Part shown: in pieces, positions 1 through 11,712 of the stretch
Layout: the number at the start of each line of letters is the position of its first letter
Position numbering within the stretch: position 1 is the first letter of the stretch
From: Cyanophora paradoxa CCMP329
Taxonomy: Eukaryota > Plantae > Glaucophyta
NCBI GenBank assembly: GCA_004431415.1
Contig: QPMI01000569.1
Coordinates: 124,001 to 188,000 of the forward strand
Length of the DNA: 64,000 bases
Direction of reading: 5' to 3'
The notes under the pieces: generated by a model
What the model was told of the DNA's origin: nothing
Databases searched by the model: none
The model's input: only the letters and a program-made list of their open reading frames with translations
Program-made: the position numbers and the translations under genes

Positions 1-789
1 GCTCTCGCTCTCGGACGCCTCGTGCGTGGGGCGCAACGGGCCGGCCTTCCGCCGCTTCCTGGACGAGGGCCTCCTCTCCGGCCTCTTCGCCAACGCCGAG
101 GAGGTCCGCCCCGCACCCCGCCCCGCGCAGCGCCCGCGGGGGGTACACACGCCCGCCCGCTCGCAGGCGTCGGTGCTGACGGGAGAAAGGGACCCGCGGG
201 CGGCCACCGACTGGCTCGGGCGGCGATGCCGCGGGGGCGGTGGCGGCGGCGGCTGGGCGGTTGTCACGGACGGCTGCGAGGCGCGCCCGCCCTCGCCCTC
301 GCCCACGCCCTCGGTTCAACTTCTTGTTGTTCCGCTGATCGGCATGCGCGGCAGGGCGCGTACGTGTGGTCCAACGGGCACACGGAGAGGGTGCGCATGC
401 GCTCTCCCGCCAGGCTCGCGACCCTGAATGCCAACGGCCCCCGGCCCTGCGGCCGGCCGGCAGGTCCCCGCTGTCGCCTGCCCCGAGCCCCTCGACAGCA
501 CCGGCGCCGGCGACGCCTACGCGGTGCGCGCCCCTCCCATCCCCTCCTCTCTCTCCCTACCGGCCGCTCGGCTCTTCTGAGGCCGGCGGGGCGCGGGGCG
601 CGCGCGGGGCGGGGCGGGGCGGGGCAGGGAGCGGTGCTGTACGGGCTCTACTCGGCCGGGTGGTCCCTGCGCGAGGCGGCGGCCTTCGGCGCCTCCCTCG
701 CCGCCCGCGTCGTCGCCCGCTTCGGCGCCCGCCTGCCCCCGGGCGAGCCCTACGCCCAGGCATGGCGCCCCGGCGGGGGAGGCCTGTAG
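1..789 (+). CDS. PfkB/ribokinase-family carbohydrate kinase, 3' part (multi-exon; 5' end outside window)
   Basis: Spliced exons give LFANAEE|ASVLTG...WAVVTDGCE|GAYVWSNG...|VPAVACPEPLDSTGAGDAYA|GAVLYGL...AAAFGASLAARVVARFGA; DxTGAGD is the PfkB signature. Stop at 787-789. Confidence 0.9.
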   Translation, partial: ALALGRLVRGAQRAGLPPLPGRGPPLRPLRQRRGGPPRTPPRAAPAGGTHARPLAGVGADGRKGPAGGHRLARAAMPRGRWRRRLGGCHGRLRGAPALALAHALGSTSCCSADRHARQGAYVWSNGHTERVRMRSPARLATLNANGPRPCGRPAGPRCRLPRAPRQHRRRRRLRGARPSHPLLSLPTGRSALLRPAGRGARAGRGGAGQGAVLYGLYSAGWSLREAAAFGASLAARVVARFGARLPPGEPYAQAWRPGGGGL

Positions 790-1654
790 CTAGACAGTGC
801 GAACGCAGCGGAAGGGTACTCGCAGTGGAAGCGGTGAGCCTCGTCCCTTGATCATAACTCGAGGTCCCCACGTGAGCCTCGAAATGAAGGCCCCCCCTCG
901 TTGAAAACGAAGCCACGTGCGAACGGATAGAAGCTCGTGATTGGCGGCGGTTTCCCTGTTGCAGCAAGTTCCGAATTGACGCAAGTTGAACGGCCACCTC
1001 GCGGCAACTTGCAAGCTTAATGAATCCTTATGATTGGCCTCTTCAAGGCGGCTTACCCGGCAGGCCCACTGTCTTCTGCGAACGAAGTGGTCTCGCCGGA
1101 GCTGTCGTGCTCACGCGTCGGCCTTTCTGCTAGCAAGCGCGCCGCCTCGCCGGCAGCAGCAACAGCAGACTTCACGAAGCTTCCAGCGCTCGCAGCAGAC
1201 CAGCGCGCGCGCAAAACAGAGAAGCGGCTCCGTCGCCGCCCCAGAAGCTTCCCGAACCCATCCGCTGCGCGAGCAGCGACAGCGCCTTCCGTTGACGTCG
1301 AGCGGGCCGGCAAGGAGCCGGCCGACATTGTAGAACAGCAAGCGAGCTGCGGCGCAGCTCGCAATCGAAGAAGCGTCGCCGCCTAGAGAGTTCAGACCAG
1401 CTGCCGTTGCGCCTGAGCTTGAGCACGCCGCGCCCGGCCCGGCGGTCATCTATTGTCGTCACCTGGGCCGGCTTGCCGGCCAACAGCGTAGGAGAACCAA
1501 GAATCCAAGATGTCCCGGCGGAGTTCCATCTCGAAATACGTGCGCATGCGCGCGCGTTCAACTTCCGAGCCCGCGCGAGCCGGCGCCGCGCGTGCCGCTC
1601 CGAGCCGCCTTCGTATAACCGCGATTCGTTGTTTAGATTGTTCCTGATCCCGGC

Positions 1655-4600
1655 ATGCCGTCCACGGGCGACGGCGCTGCCGCTGGCGCTGGGCCAGCAG
1701 CGCCATCGCTGTCCGGCGCCATCGCCGCGCCGGCTGCGATGGACAAGCTGGAAACGGGCTCGGTCCATTCGGCGGCCACCGGCACGGAGTCGCAGATCCG
1801 TGCGTCTGCCGAACCGCGCAGCGCGCAGGCCGGCCGGCCGAGGCGGCGCGCGCCTGCCGCGACCGGCCGGCTCGCGCGCGCCCCGGCCTTCGGGCAGCTC
1901 CGGCTTGATCGCTTTCCCCCGCGCGCCGGGCACGCGCAGTGATGGAGATGGAGGGGCTGCAAGAGCGCAAGACGGTGCGCGAGCCTGCGCTGCCGGCCTC
2001 GCTGGGGCCGCGCCGGCGCCGGCCGAGCTCCGAAGTTCTCACGCGCGCGGGGCCCGCAGGAGGACGCGCTCTTCGGAACCCTCTTCACAATGACCTCCCG
2101 TTCGCCCCGCCGCTCGCGCCGCCTCCTGAGCGCGGAAATCGCAACTTATCATGACCCGGGCCCGCAGGAAACTCCCAGACCAAGACCCGCCTCTCCACCC
2201 GGTGCGTCCGACCACGACCTGCGAGCGCGCCGCGCCACGTGCACGTCTCGCACCGCGCCTGACCGCCGCTGCGGGCAGAGTCGTGGTCTTCCTCTTCTTC
2301 ACGCTCCTCGACTTCGTCCAGCTCATCGGCCTCGCCTACGACGACACCGTCTGGCACCCCGACGTCGTCGGTGCGGCCCCCCGCCGCCGCGGGCTCGAGC
2401 TCGGCGCTGTCTTGACTTGGCTCCGGCTCCGGCTCCGCAGGCTGGCTCGCGTTCCTCTTTGAGATCAGCCGGGTTCGAGCCCTTGCGCATGCGGCGCCCT
2501 CTCTCGCCTTCCGGATCCGCGCTGAGGCCGGCCCTTCCCGCAGCGGCTGAACGCGCTGGGCCGCATGTGGATGGTCGCTTTCTACTACATCGCCGCCATC
2601 GCCGTGCTGAGCGCCATCGGCCTCCTGATTTACGTTGGATTCCTCTTCAAGGTGCGAGAGGGCCGGGCGCCTTTTCTCTCCATATAGCTACCCGCTTCGG
2701 ACTTCCGTTGAGTGAGAGCTTCGTCCGCAGCGCGACCGCTTTCAAATGTTTCCGGTGAAAGCGCTCCGCATCCTCGTCACGATCCTCGTGACGGTGCGAC
2801 TCCGCCGCTGATCTCTGAGCGGCCTCCGCCCTGCGCGTCTGATAGCGTCCCGGCGCTGCAGGCGCTCTACATTACGGTGCTGGAGATCCTCATCTCCCCC
2901 TTCGACTGCGTCTTCTCGGGCACCTGCCTCGAGCTCAGCAGCATCGTCCAGGCGAGCCGCCCGGCTCCGTGCACGTGCCTCGTTCGGATCCAATATTCAT
3001 CCGGCTCCGAGCAGATGGGCATCTCGTTCATCCTGCTGCTCGTCTTCATGCCCTTCTGCCTCCTCATGTCCCTCGTCTTCCACGACCATGAGGTGCCCGC
3101 TGCCCCGGCCCCTGCTTCCTTTCTTTCGTGCACCAATTTCGGCCACGCAGACTCACTCGCCGGACCTTGAGTCCCGTGAGTCGCCATCCGCGCCCCGCGC
3201 GCCCGCCTTGCCGGCGCCGGCGCGGCTGACGCGCGGCAGGGCCGACCGGCCGCGGCGACCTGCTCTACCTCGCCTCCCGTACGGTCCTCGTGCTCGCCCG
3301 CCACTTCCTCTGGCCCTACAGGCGCGCCGCCGCGCACCCGCCCGTCGCTTCCGAACTGACGCCTCTCATCCCGCAGCCCGAGCCTCGTCGGTCTGCTGGT
3401 CGCCGCTGCGTCGGGCCTGCAGGCCGGGTACACGGCCGTCTTCCTTCCCTACTACCGCCGCTCCATCAACACCTTCAAGGCCTGGCTGTAAGTGGCGCGT
3501 CTGCGACCTCCGAATCGCGATCTCAGAGGGCGCCGCTGCGCAGGTTCATGGGAGCGGCGGTTTTCTCGCTGGGGACTGTGGCGCTGCGGAACGCGACCGC
3601 TGACGGCCGCTACGCCGCCTCCATTGCCGTCCTCGTCGCCCTCGTGCCCCTCGGCGCCATCGGCGCCCTCGTCGCAGGTGCCCCGTCCACGTCCTTTCTT
3701 AGGGCAAATGCACTCGGTCTGACGTCTCTCCGCCCATCAACGGCAGAGTTCCGGCACTACCGCATCTCGCGGGCGTTCCTCAAGATCCCCGCGGCGCACG
3801 CCTCGGTGCTGGTGGCCGGCGGCTCCTCGCAAGAGGAGGCGTCGGCAAAGGCCGCCGCCGCCGCCGCCGCCGACCTCGCCGAGGTGCGAGTTCCTTCTTT
3901 CCCGCGACCCTTCCGGAACATTTTGCACGATTCTCGCGATCTTGATTAATATTCTTGCACAGAGCACGCACGGTGGTGGCATGGCGCGGGCCCTCGTCCG
4001 TCGCGCCCGCACCGTCACCAAGTCGATCTCGACCCTCGGCGGCCCGCTCGCCGCCGCCATCTTCGACAACGGCGACGACGGCGATGGGCACGAGCCCGGC
4101 GCAGGCGGCCAGGGGCCTTTCCTCCTCGAGCAGGAGGTCGAGGTGCGCCGCCGCTCCCCCGCACCCGATGGGCCCGCGTGACTGACTCGTGCGACAGGTT
4201 GCCGTTCGCTTCCTGCGGCTGACGCGCCACCCGAGCGCGGGGCTGCTCGACGCGGCCGAGGCCGTTTACAAGCGCGGCATGCAGCAGTTCCCCAAGGTGC
4301 GGGGGGCTTTCGCAGTTTCGCGAGACGTGTGAGCTCCTCTAACGTGTCCCCTTTCGCAGAGCGCCTATGTGCGGTGCGGCAAGACGTGGATCCGCCTCAC
4401 TTTCATCGCAAATGGTAACGCTGTCCGCCCACAGGATCACGTACGCGAGCTTCCTGCAGAGCTACCGCAAGAACGTCCCCGGCGGTGCGGCCACACCGGC
4501 CCCCGCGCGCTGCGCGTCGGGCTCTCGGTCGGCTGACGGCGGCGGCGGGCGCAGCGATGGTGGCGCTCAAGGACGCGTGGCAGCGGAAGCCGCCGTTCGA

Positions 4601-7600
4601 CCAGCGCTTCTGGCTCTCCTCCATCCGCCGCTCGTGGGAGCAGATGAACCAGGGGCAGTCGGCCGGCCAGGGCGAGTCCCTCTCCTTCATCAAGGTGCCC
4701 CCGGCCCGCCTCCCCCTCGACTTTGTCCCTCACGCCTGGCCGCGCCGCAGATGCTCGAGTTCAAGCGGCTCCTGACGGTCACCCAGGCGCACCACAACCA
4801 GGTCCGCAGACCGCTCGGAATTTTCGTTGGCTCTCGGCGCGCGGCCAACGCGGCTGCTCTGGACAGGCGGTGGTGCACGTGCGGGCGTTCTGGCGCGGCC
4901 TCGCCCGCAAGCGCGTCCTCCTCCCCGCCGTCCTCGATAACGTCGGAAAGAAGCTGGAGGAGATTCGCAAGGTGGGCACCGCGCTGATGCCGTCGCGCCC
5001 CTTCAAATTTATGCTCTCCAAGTCTCACGTTCATGTTCAGGTCAAGTCGAAGGCTGATGAGGGCTACCGCCGCCTCTTGAGTGCGCCTCCCGCAGCTGCC
5101 CCCTCGATCGCCCGCTTCTCGGCGCGGCGCCTGACGCCGGCCGCAGCGCAGTACCCGCGCTCGAAGCTGCTGATCCGCTCCTACGCGGCCTTCCTCCTGC
5201 ACGTCGGCAACGAGGCAGAGGCCGCCGCCGTCCAGTTCGCCAAGGCCGACGAGATCGAGGAGGTGCGTCTGTATGCGCGGTGATATCGACAAATGGACGA
5301 GGCATCCTCGTTGCATGCCGTCCACTTCAATCAGTACTAAAGATCTCGATGGATGTTGCCAAATTGCCAGATCTGACGCTTCTGCCGCGCTAGGCCGAGA
5401 TGCGTGAGCGCCTTGCGAACGGCGGCGGGGGCGGCTCGTCCCTGGGCACGTCGTCCCAAGGCACCAGCGAGGACAAGGCCTCGGAATCCATCGGGTCCTC
5501 CAGCCACTCTTCCTCCGCCAAGCGCAAGACCGGCAACGGCGACTTCGGTGCGGTCAAAGAGTGTTACGGTTGAAATCCGGCGAGGGCTCACGCAGTTCCG
5601 CAGAGATCATCCAGCAGGAGAATGGCGCGATGAAGATTCTCAAGTTCGGCATCGTCGTCGGCATCGGCGTCCTAATGGCCCTCTCCGCCGTCAGCTACGG
5701 TCCGCCCACAGCGACGGCTTTTCGCGCCGCGAAAATCGCCTCTGATGCCTCCGTAGCGGTAATCCGCGACCTGTTCGGTGGCTACGACCAATCCGTCAAG
5801 CGCAACAAGGGCGTGATTGCACTGCTCCGCATGATCCTCGAGTGCGGCCTTCCCACTGCCTTGCGCCTCCGCTAATGGCATCGATGTCATTTCCGACTCG
5901 AACTGCGCAGGGCGTGCCACCAGACGCGCACGCTGAACATTGCCGCGCGCGAAAACGACAAGGCCGCGATGGATGAAACGGTCACCAACCTCGCCACCAT
6001 GTCCGAGGCGAGTTTTAAAACTGCCTTTGTACCGTTAACGTTATTATTATTACTTGATCTCTGGCCGAATCATGACGTGGCTGACCGTCCGACGGTTCTC
6101 GCAGACCTTCCTTGATGCTTTCCGCTCCATTTACATGGGAATCAACGGCGTGACACGCTCGAACGACGCTGCCGTGAACCGTCAGTCTTTTGGGCTTTAT
6201 CCTGGATCGCCTTGCGTAAATCGTTTCGCCTCATGCAGGTATGTGGACCGACCAAAACGTCCGCATGCAGGTACGCGGTTTGAGTCGCGTTGTGAAATCC
6301 GCCTACCCGCTCCGCGCTAACGGCGCCATCGGCAGAAATACGTCAGCATCCCGCCGGCGCACTACGTCGACACGTACACGTCGCTCTGGGTGCGTCGGCG
6401 ATGGATCCCGAGACCATTGGGACCGTCATCTCACCGGCTTCCATCGCAGGACGCCGGAAATCTCTTCGCGACGAAGGCCCGGCAGTTCTCCCACAGCACC
6501 GTCGCTGGTGCGCACGATTCAAATGGAAAAGAGCCATCGGTGCATCGAAATTCTGAGCGTCCGCTCCGCGTGCAGACTGGAAGGACGCGCACGCGTCGGA
6601 CCTCTTCCGCTACGTCACTCGCAACGGTGCGAGAGCGATGGCTTTCGCTGCGAAATTCGCTTCTTTGTTGACGCGGCTGCGCGCAGCCATGTACGGCTTC
6701 CAGCAGGCGATGGAGAGGGCCGCCAACACGTACCAGCTGGAGGTAATTCGCGCAAAAGGAGAATAGAAGGGGCTTGGGGCCAGCGCGTGCAAGGCGGATG
6801 TTGCACATGTACATTTGAATAGACTAACGGCGGCGCTCCGCTCGCGGCGAGCAGACGTTCGTGAAAACGGACAGCTCTAAGGCGATCCTCGGGACTCTGC
6901 TGGCTCTCTTTTTAGGGACTATCATCTCTCTAATCCTCGGAGTGTTTCGAGTGCGCTGCTTGCTGCCATTGACGCGCCCCCTCCCCCTCGCGCATTTGGG
7001 GACCGCCTTCACCACTCAAGACCTACGTTAGCACCTCCAGCAGCAAAGCCGTGCTAGGGGTTTTGCTAGCTCTGTTCGTCTCGACCATTGCGGGCCTCAT
7101 CCTGGGCCTGCTAATGGTTCAACACACCCGCCCCCGCCCCCGCCCCCGCCCCCCACCCTTCAGATTCGGCCACCCCGCGGCCGCCCATCCGAAATCAGAG
7201 CTGCCAGAGCAAGCGGCCCCCGCCCGGGCCTGGAGCTCTCCACGCCTAACCTCGCCTCTTGACTTTCGCGTCGACAGCCGAGCGCATTAGCCGATAATCT
7301 CTAGAACTTCGATGCCGCATACTAGTCTCCTGGTCTAGACCTCTGACATCCGTCTCGTCGTGCGCGACAGCCCGCCTTCGCGAAAGTGCGCAAGAACCAG
7401 CGCGGAGGTGCCTGCGCCCTTGCCGGCAGCTGCGTCCAAAGGCGCCCGCCTGACGCCACCGCGCGCGCAGTCTCCGACATCCTCCTGGCGATGCCCCGCG
7501 CCCGTGCGTGCCGATTGCAGCCCGATCCGACGTGGCGCCCCGGGCTTTTCCGTCGGTGGCTGAGGCGCCGGCGCAGTGATGCGGCAGCTGAGCCGGCACT

Positions 7601-10600
7601 ACGCGCACGTTCGCATGGTGGGCGACCGCGCCGAGGACTCGGACCAGGAGAGCTCCGGCGGTGTGCCCCGCCCCGCCCAAACCACAGCAATTACATAATT
7701 AAAACAATAGCCGCCTATATGGCCCCGAACCATTCAACCGCCGATTTGGGAACTGTAACTTTTGAGTTCCGGATACCGGACGAATCCCTCAACGATTTTT
7801 AATGGCCTTCATGAGAATAATACCTTTATGGCTTCGTTTGCGAACCGTTCATCCGCTTATTTCACCATAAATGACCTTGAACGGACTTGAACCTTTAATT
7901 TGAACCTTCCTTCAACTGCATCGGCAGTCGGCTTCGATCCTCGGCTGACGCTCGGGGGGTGGCAGACGAGGCGGAGAGTTCGAAGAAGAAGAATGACGAG
8001 TCCGAGCACGAGGGCGACGGCGAGCACAGCGGCGCCGAGGGCGCGGAGCGGCCGATCACGGCGGAGAACCTGGCCGCAGGGCCGGGCGCCCCGCGCAGCT
8101 TCCTGGAGGAGGCCGCTATGAAGGCGGAGAAGAAGAACCGCCGCAAGAAGGCGCAGAAGTACGAGGGCGCGTCGCAGTCCGAGGACGAGGCGTCGGGCCG
8201 CGAGCTCGCCCGCCGCGAGCGCGGCTCGGGCTCCGAGGCCGCCGGCAAGCGCGGCGCCCACTCCGACCGCTCCCGCAGCAGCAAGTGCGGCCCCGCCCCT
8301 CTCCCACGCGGCCCACCGCCCGCTGACCTCGGATGGTCTAATCAGGGGCAAGGACGGCGAGAAGAAGGAGAAGAAGGAGAAGCGGCACGAGCGGGCGCGC
8401 TCGACGGGCCCCGGGTCCCGCTCGCGCGTCGCCCCCGAAGCCTCCGGCGACAGGTCCGCCCGCTGCCTCCGCGCAGCGCCCCGCGCGGGTGCGGCGCGCC
8501 GACGCTTCGGCGCCGCAGCTCGAGCGAGGCCGAGGGCGGAGCGCGCTCCGAGCGCGGCCGCAAGCGGGAGACAGAGGAGAAGAAGGCCGAGGCGGCCAAG
8601 GCGCGCTCCAAGTCGGCGCCGGCCCAGGCGCCCCTCTCCATGGAGAACCTCCAGCGCCTCGGCTCGGAGGCCCCCGGCCAGGCCCGCCCCGCCTCCCGGC
8701 CCGCCCTGCTACGGCTGCGCTCTGACCTTGCATGTCCTCGCAGGCGGCGCTTCGGCACGTGGCGCTGCAGCAAATGCACCGCCGGCGCGCCGCCTCGCCG
8801 GCCCGCCAGGAGCCGGCCCTTCTCGAGGATGCGTCCGTTCACGCCGGCGCCGCGCTTCCGGGCGTCCCGCCGGCGGTGCCGGAGGCCGGCGACGCGCGCC
8901 CCGCGTCGCGCGGCTCGGCGGCCGGCTCCGGCTCCTCGTCGGCCCGCCGCCGCTTCCTCCCCGAGCTCGAGACCCTCCTCGCGTGCGCCGTCCGCCGTCC
9001 GCCGCCCCCGCGAGGCTCACGGGCGGCGGGCAGGCCGGAGCCGGAGGCGCCGGTGGCGGTCATCGCGACGGGCCACTTTGCGGAGGGCGCCGTGCTGCCC
9101 GACGGCTCCTTCGACTCGAGCGCGAGCGGCAGCGCCGGGAACCTGCCCTCCTTCGACCAGGGCTCCGCCTCGCCCCTGTCTCCCGATGACAACACCAAGG
9201 CACGTTGAACGCTGCCAAGCGCGGCTCGCGCGCCCACGACACCAACCGCGGGCGGCAGGTGGAGCCTGTCTCGGACGGCGAGTCGTCGAGCACCGACACT
9301 GTGGGCCGCGAGAAGCGCGCCGCCGCTCGCGAGCGCTCTCCGCCCCTCCCCATCGGCGGCATCCTCCGCAAGTGAGCGGCCCCAAATCAAACCGTTGTTC
9401 GCCGCCCGCCGCGCACCCCATGCCACTCACTCGGGCTTGTGCTCTCGCTCAGCGGGTCGTCCCACTCGCGCACCCGCTCGCATTCCCATGGGCACGTGTT
9501 CGCTGCCGCTGCCGGCGCACCCGGGTCGATGAGCGAGCGCCGCCGCTCCGTCAATTTCGACCCCGTGCGTCCCGTAGCGCCAAGCTCAAAGCCGCCCTCC
9601 GGGGGTGACGCCGGGGGTGCAGGAGGACCTGTCGAAGGGCGAGTCCAAGGGCCTACACCGCCGCGAGCGCGACCCCGCGACCGTCAAGGACCCCCTCGCC
9701 GAGATCCTGGGCGGCGCCAACCTCTGGGCCCCGCCCCCGGACATGCCCCTCGTGCCCGTGGTCCCCAAGCCGGCCATCAAGCCGCACAAGAGCGAGGAGA
9801 AAGACAAGGATCATGCACGCGGCGACAAGGATCACAAGGATCACAAGGAGAGCAGCAGCGACAGCGACGACGACGAGAAGAAGAAGGCGGCGGCGGCGAA
9901 GAAGAAGAAGCATGACGCCGAGATGGCGAAGCCGGCCGTCAACAACCTCCTCACGTCCCTCACCCGCAAGTACCTCACCTGGTTCTTCATCATCGCTGTG
10001 CGCGGCCCGCACGCTCGCTCGCTCGCGCCCTCGAGCTCGACACCGCTGACGGCGGCGGCGCGGCAGGCTGTGATGTCGGCAAACTTTGCGCTCTGCTTCT
10101 TCTTCATGGACCAGGGCAAGACGGCCTCGATGGAGATCAAGTGCGCCCGCGCCGACCCGCGCCGCGCGGCGCGGCGGGCGGCGGCGGCTGACGGGGGCGC
10201 AGGTACGGCGGCACGCGCCGCGCCGTCGTCCGCGAGCTCGCCTTCCTCTCCCGCGAGCTGTGCGCCCCCGCCCCGCCCCGCCCCGCCCCGCCCGAGCTCT
10301 GTTTGTCCACTGTCTGACGCCCGCCCCCGTTCGCCTTTGCCGCCCGCTACAGGTTCATCAACGACGATCTCGTGCGTTCCGTCGCCCGCGCTGGTTTCTA
10401 GATCTGCGCAGTTCTCACGCCCCGGCGCCAGATCATGCCGTTCAAGGAACTGAAATCACGCCTCGAATCGCGCATGCTCGAGCTCCGCACCATCCACGGT
10501 GCCCCCGACTCCTCACCTGTCTAAACATCTTGCCTCGTTCTGACGTGCGGCTTCGCAGCGGGCCTCAAGTACGGCAACGAGACGATGGGCCTCCCCGGGC

Positions 10601-11712
10601 AGAACAACCGCTACCAAAAGCTCGACGACCTCATGTGCGCGCGCCCCTCCCCCTCGCACCCCCCGCCCCGACCCACGGGTGTTTCGCAGGTACCTGCCCT
10701 CGTGCCTGCTCGACAACCAGGCGGCGTGTGATGCCCTGTCGCCCGAGCGGAAGGACGCCTACAACTACGGCGTTGACAACCTCGTCGCAGTCTTCCTCGA
10801 CAAGGTACCCCGTTTCTCTCTTGCATCCTGACGCGCCATCCTGACGCGAGACGGCGCCGCCAGGTCACCGATATCCTCAAGGTAGGCGTTTCACCCGACT
10901 CGACCCGTCGCCCTCGTTGCGCGCCCGCTGACGCCGTCGCGCGCGCAGGAGGCGGACTGTATCGAGCGGAACTGCGATGTGGCGTCGACCCTCTCCCGCG
11001 CTACTTCCCAGTCCTACGCCTTCATTCAGGAAAGGTGCGCGCTCCATGGATGCACACTATCACAGCCACCCCTTCTCATCGAACAGTGCATTGATATTAT
11101 TCTGTGCAGCTATGGGTTCCTTGACGCGGGCCTGGGCAAGTGCATTGACCTGACTGTCGAGGAGAGCGTCTCCCGCATCGACGTCGTCTACGTCGTCGAG
11201 GGTTCGGGCCCCGCCGCGACCCTTCTCCACGGGCTCTGCGCTCACCGGAACTCTCTCCGCAGGCGTCATTCTCGCCTTCAACATTGTGTCGCTCGCGAGC
11301 CTGTACCTCTTCATGTTCCGGTACCCCCCGTGCCATCCATCGCCCCCGGCCGCCGCTGACGAGTGGTCGCAGGCCCATGATCAAGCAGCTGGTCATCCCC
11401 GCCCCTCGCATCTTCGGCCCTCGCCATCGAAGCCGCTGACCGCCGGCGCGCGCAGGACGACGAGTCGACGCGGCGGGCGCAGCTGCTCGGCATGTTCCCC
11501 CGCGTCATCATCAAGGACAACGCCTTCCTCCACAAGCGCGTACCCCGCCCGATGTCCGCCCACCCGCACCCCTCTGACCGGGGGCCGGCTGCGGGCGCAG
11601 GTACTTCCGCGGCGGCGCAGGCGGCGGCTCGGACGAGAGGAGGAGGGGCAAGGGCGGGGACCACTCGGACGGATCGTCCAGCGAGGACGAAGACAAGGAG
11701 AAGGACAACTGA
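1655..11712 (+). CDS. TmcB/TmcC-like (tiny macrocysts family) large multi-pass membrane protein, paralog 1; dozens of short exons
   Basis: N-terminal multi-TM block (FFTLLDFVQLIGL, LYITVLEILISPFDC, FMPFCLLMSLVFHD). TPR-like region (AEAVYKRGMQQFPKSAYV; QYPRSKLLIRSYAAFLLHVGNEAEAAAVQFAKADEIEE). Then two TM-ectodomain-TM modules (LKYGNETMGLPG...C...C) separated by a charged disordered linker. Stop TGA 11710-11712. Start ATG approximate; family assigned by motif recognition, not a search. Confidence 0.75.
6855..6950 (+). other. Candidate mutually exclusive exon A of paralog 1 (TFVKTDSSKAILGTLLALFLGTIISLILGVFR)
   Basis: 96 nt, CAG acceptor at 6852-6854, GTGCGC donor at 6951, phase 0/0; homologous to 7021-7116. 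Confidence 0.75.
7021..7116 (+). other. Candidate mutually exclusive exon B of paralog 1 (TYVSTSSSKAVLGVLLALFVSTIAGLILGLLM)
   Basis: 96 nt, AAG acceptor at 7018-7020, GT donor at 7117, phase 0/0; ungapped homolog of exon A. Confidence 0.7.

Noticed and set aside
1053-1530. Possible small spliced gene on the minus strand upstream of paralog 1
   Set aside because: Some splice-like signals, but no recognisable protein or consistent exon chain.
7660-7965. Apparent gene boundary splitting paralog 1 in two
   Set aside because: Flanked by GT...CAG with frame continuity, and both halves are needed to match the architecture of paralogs 2 and 3.
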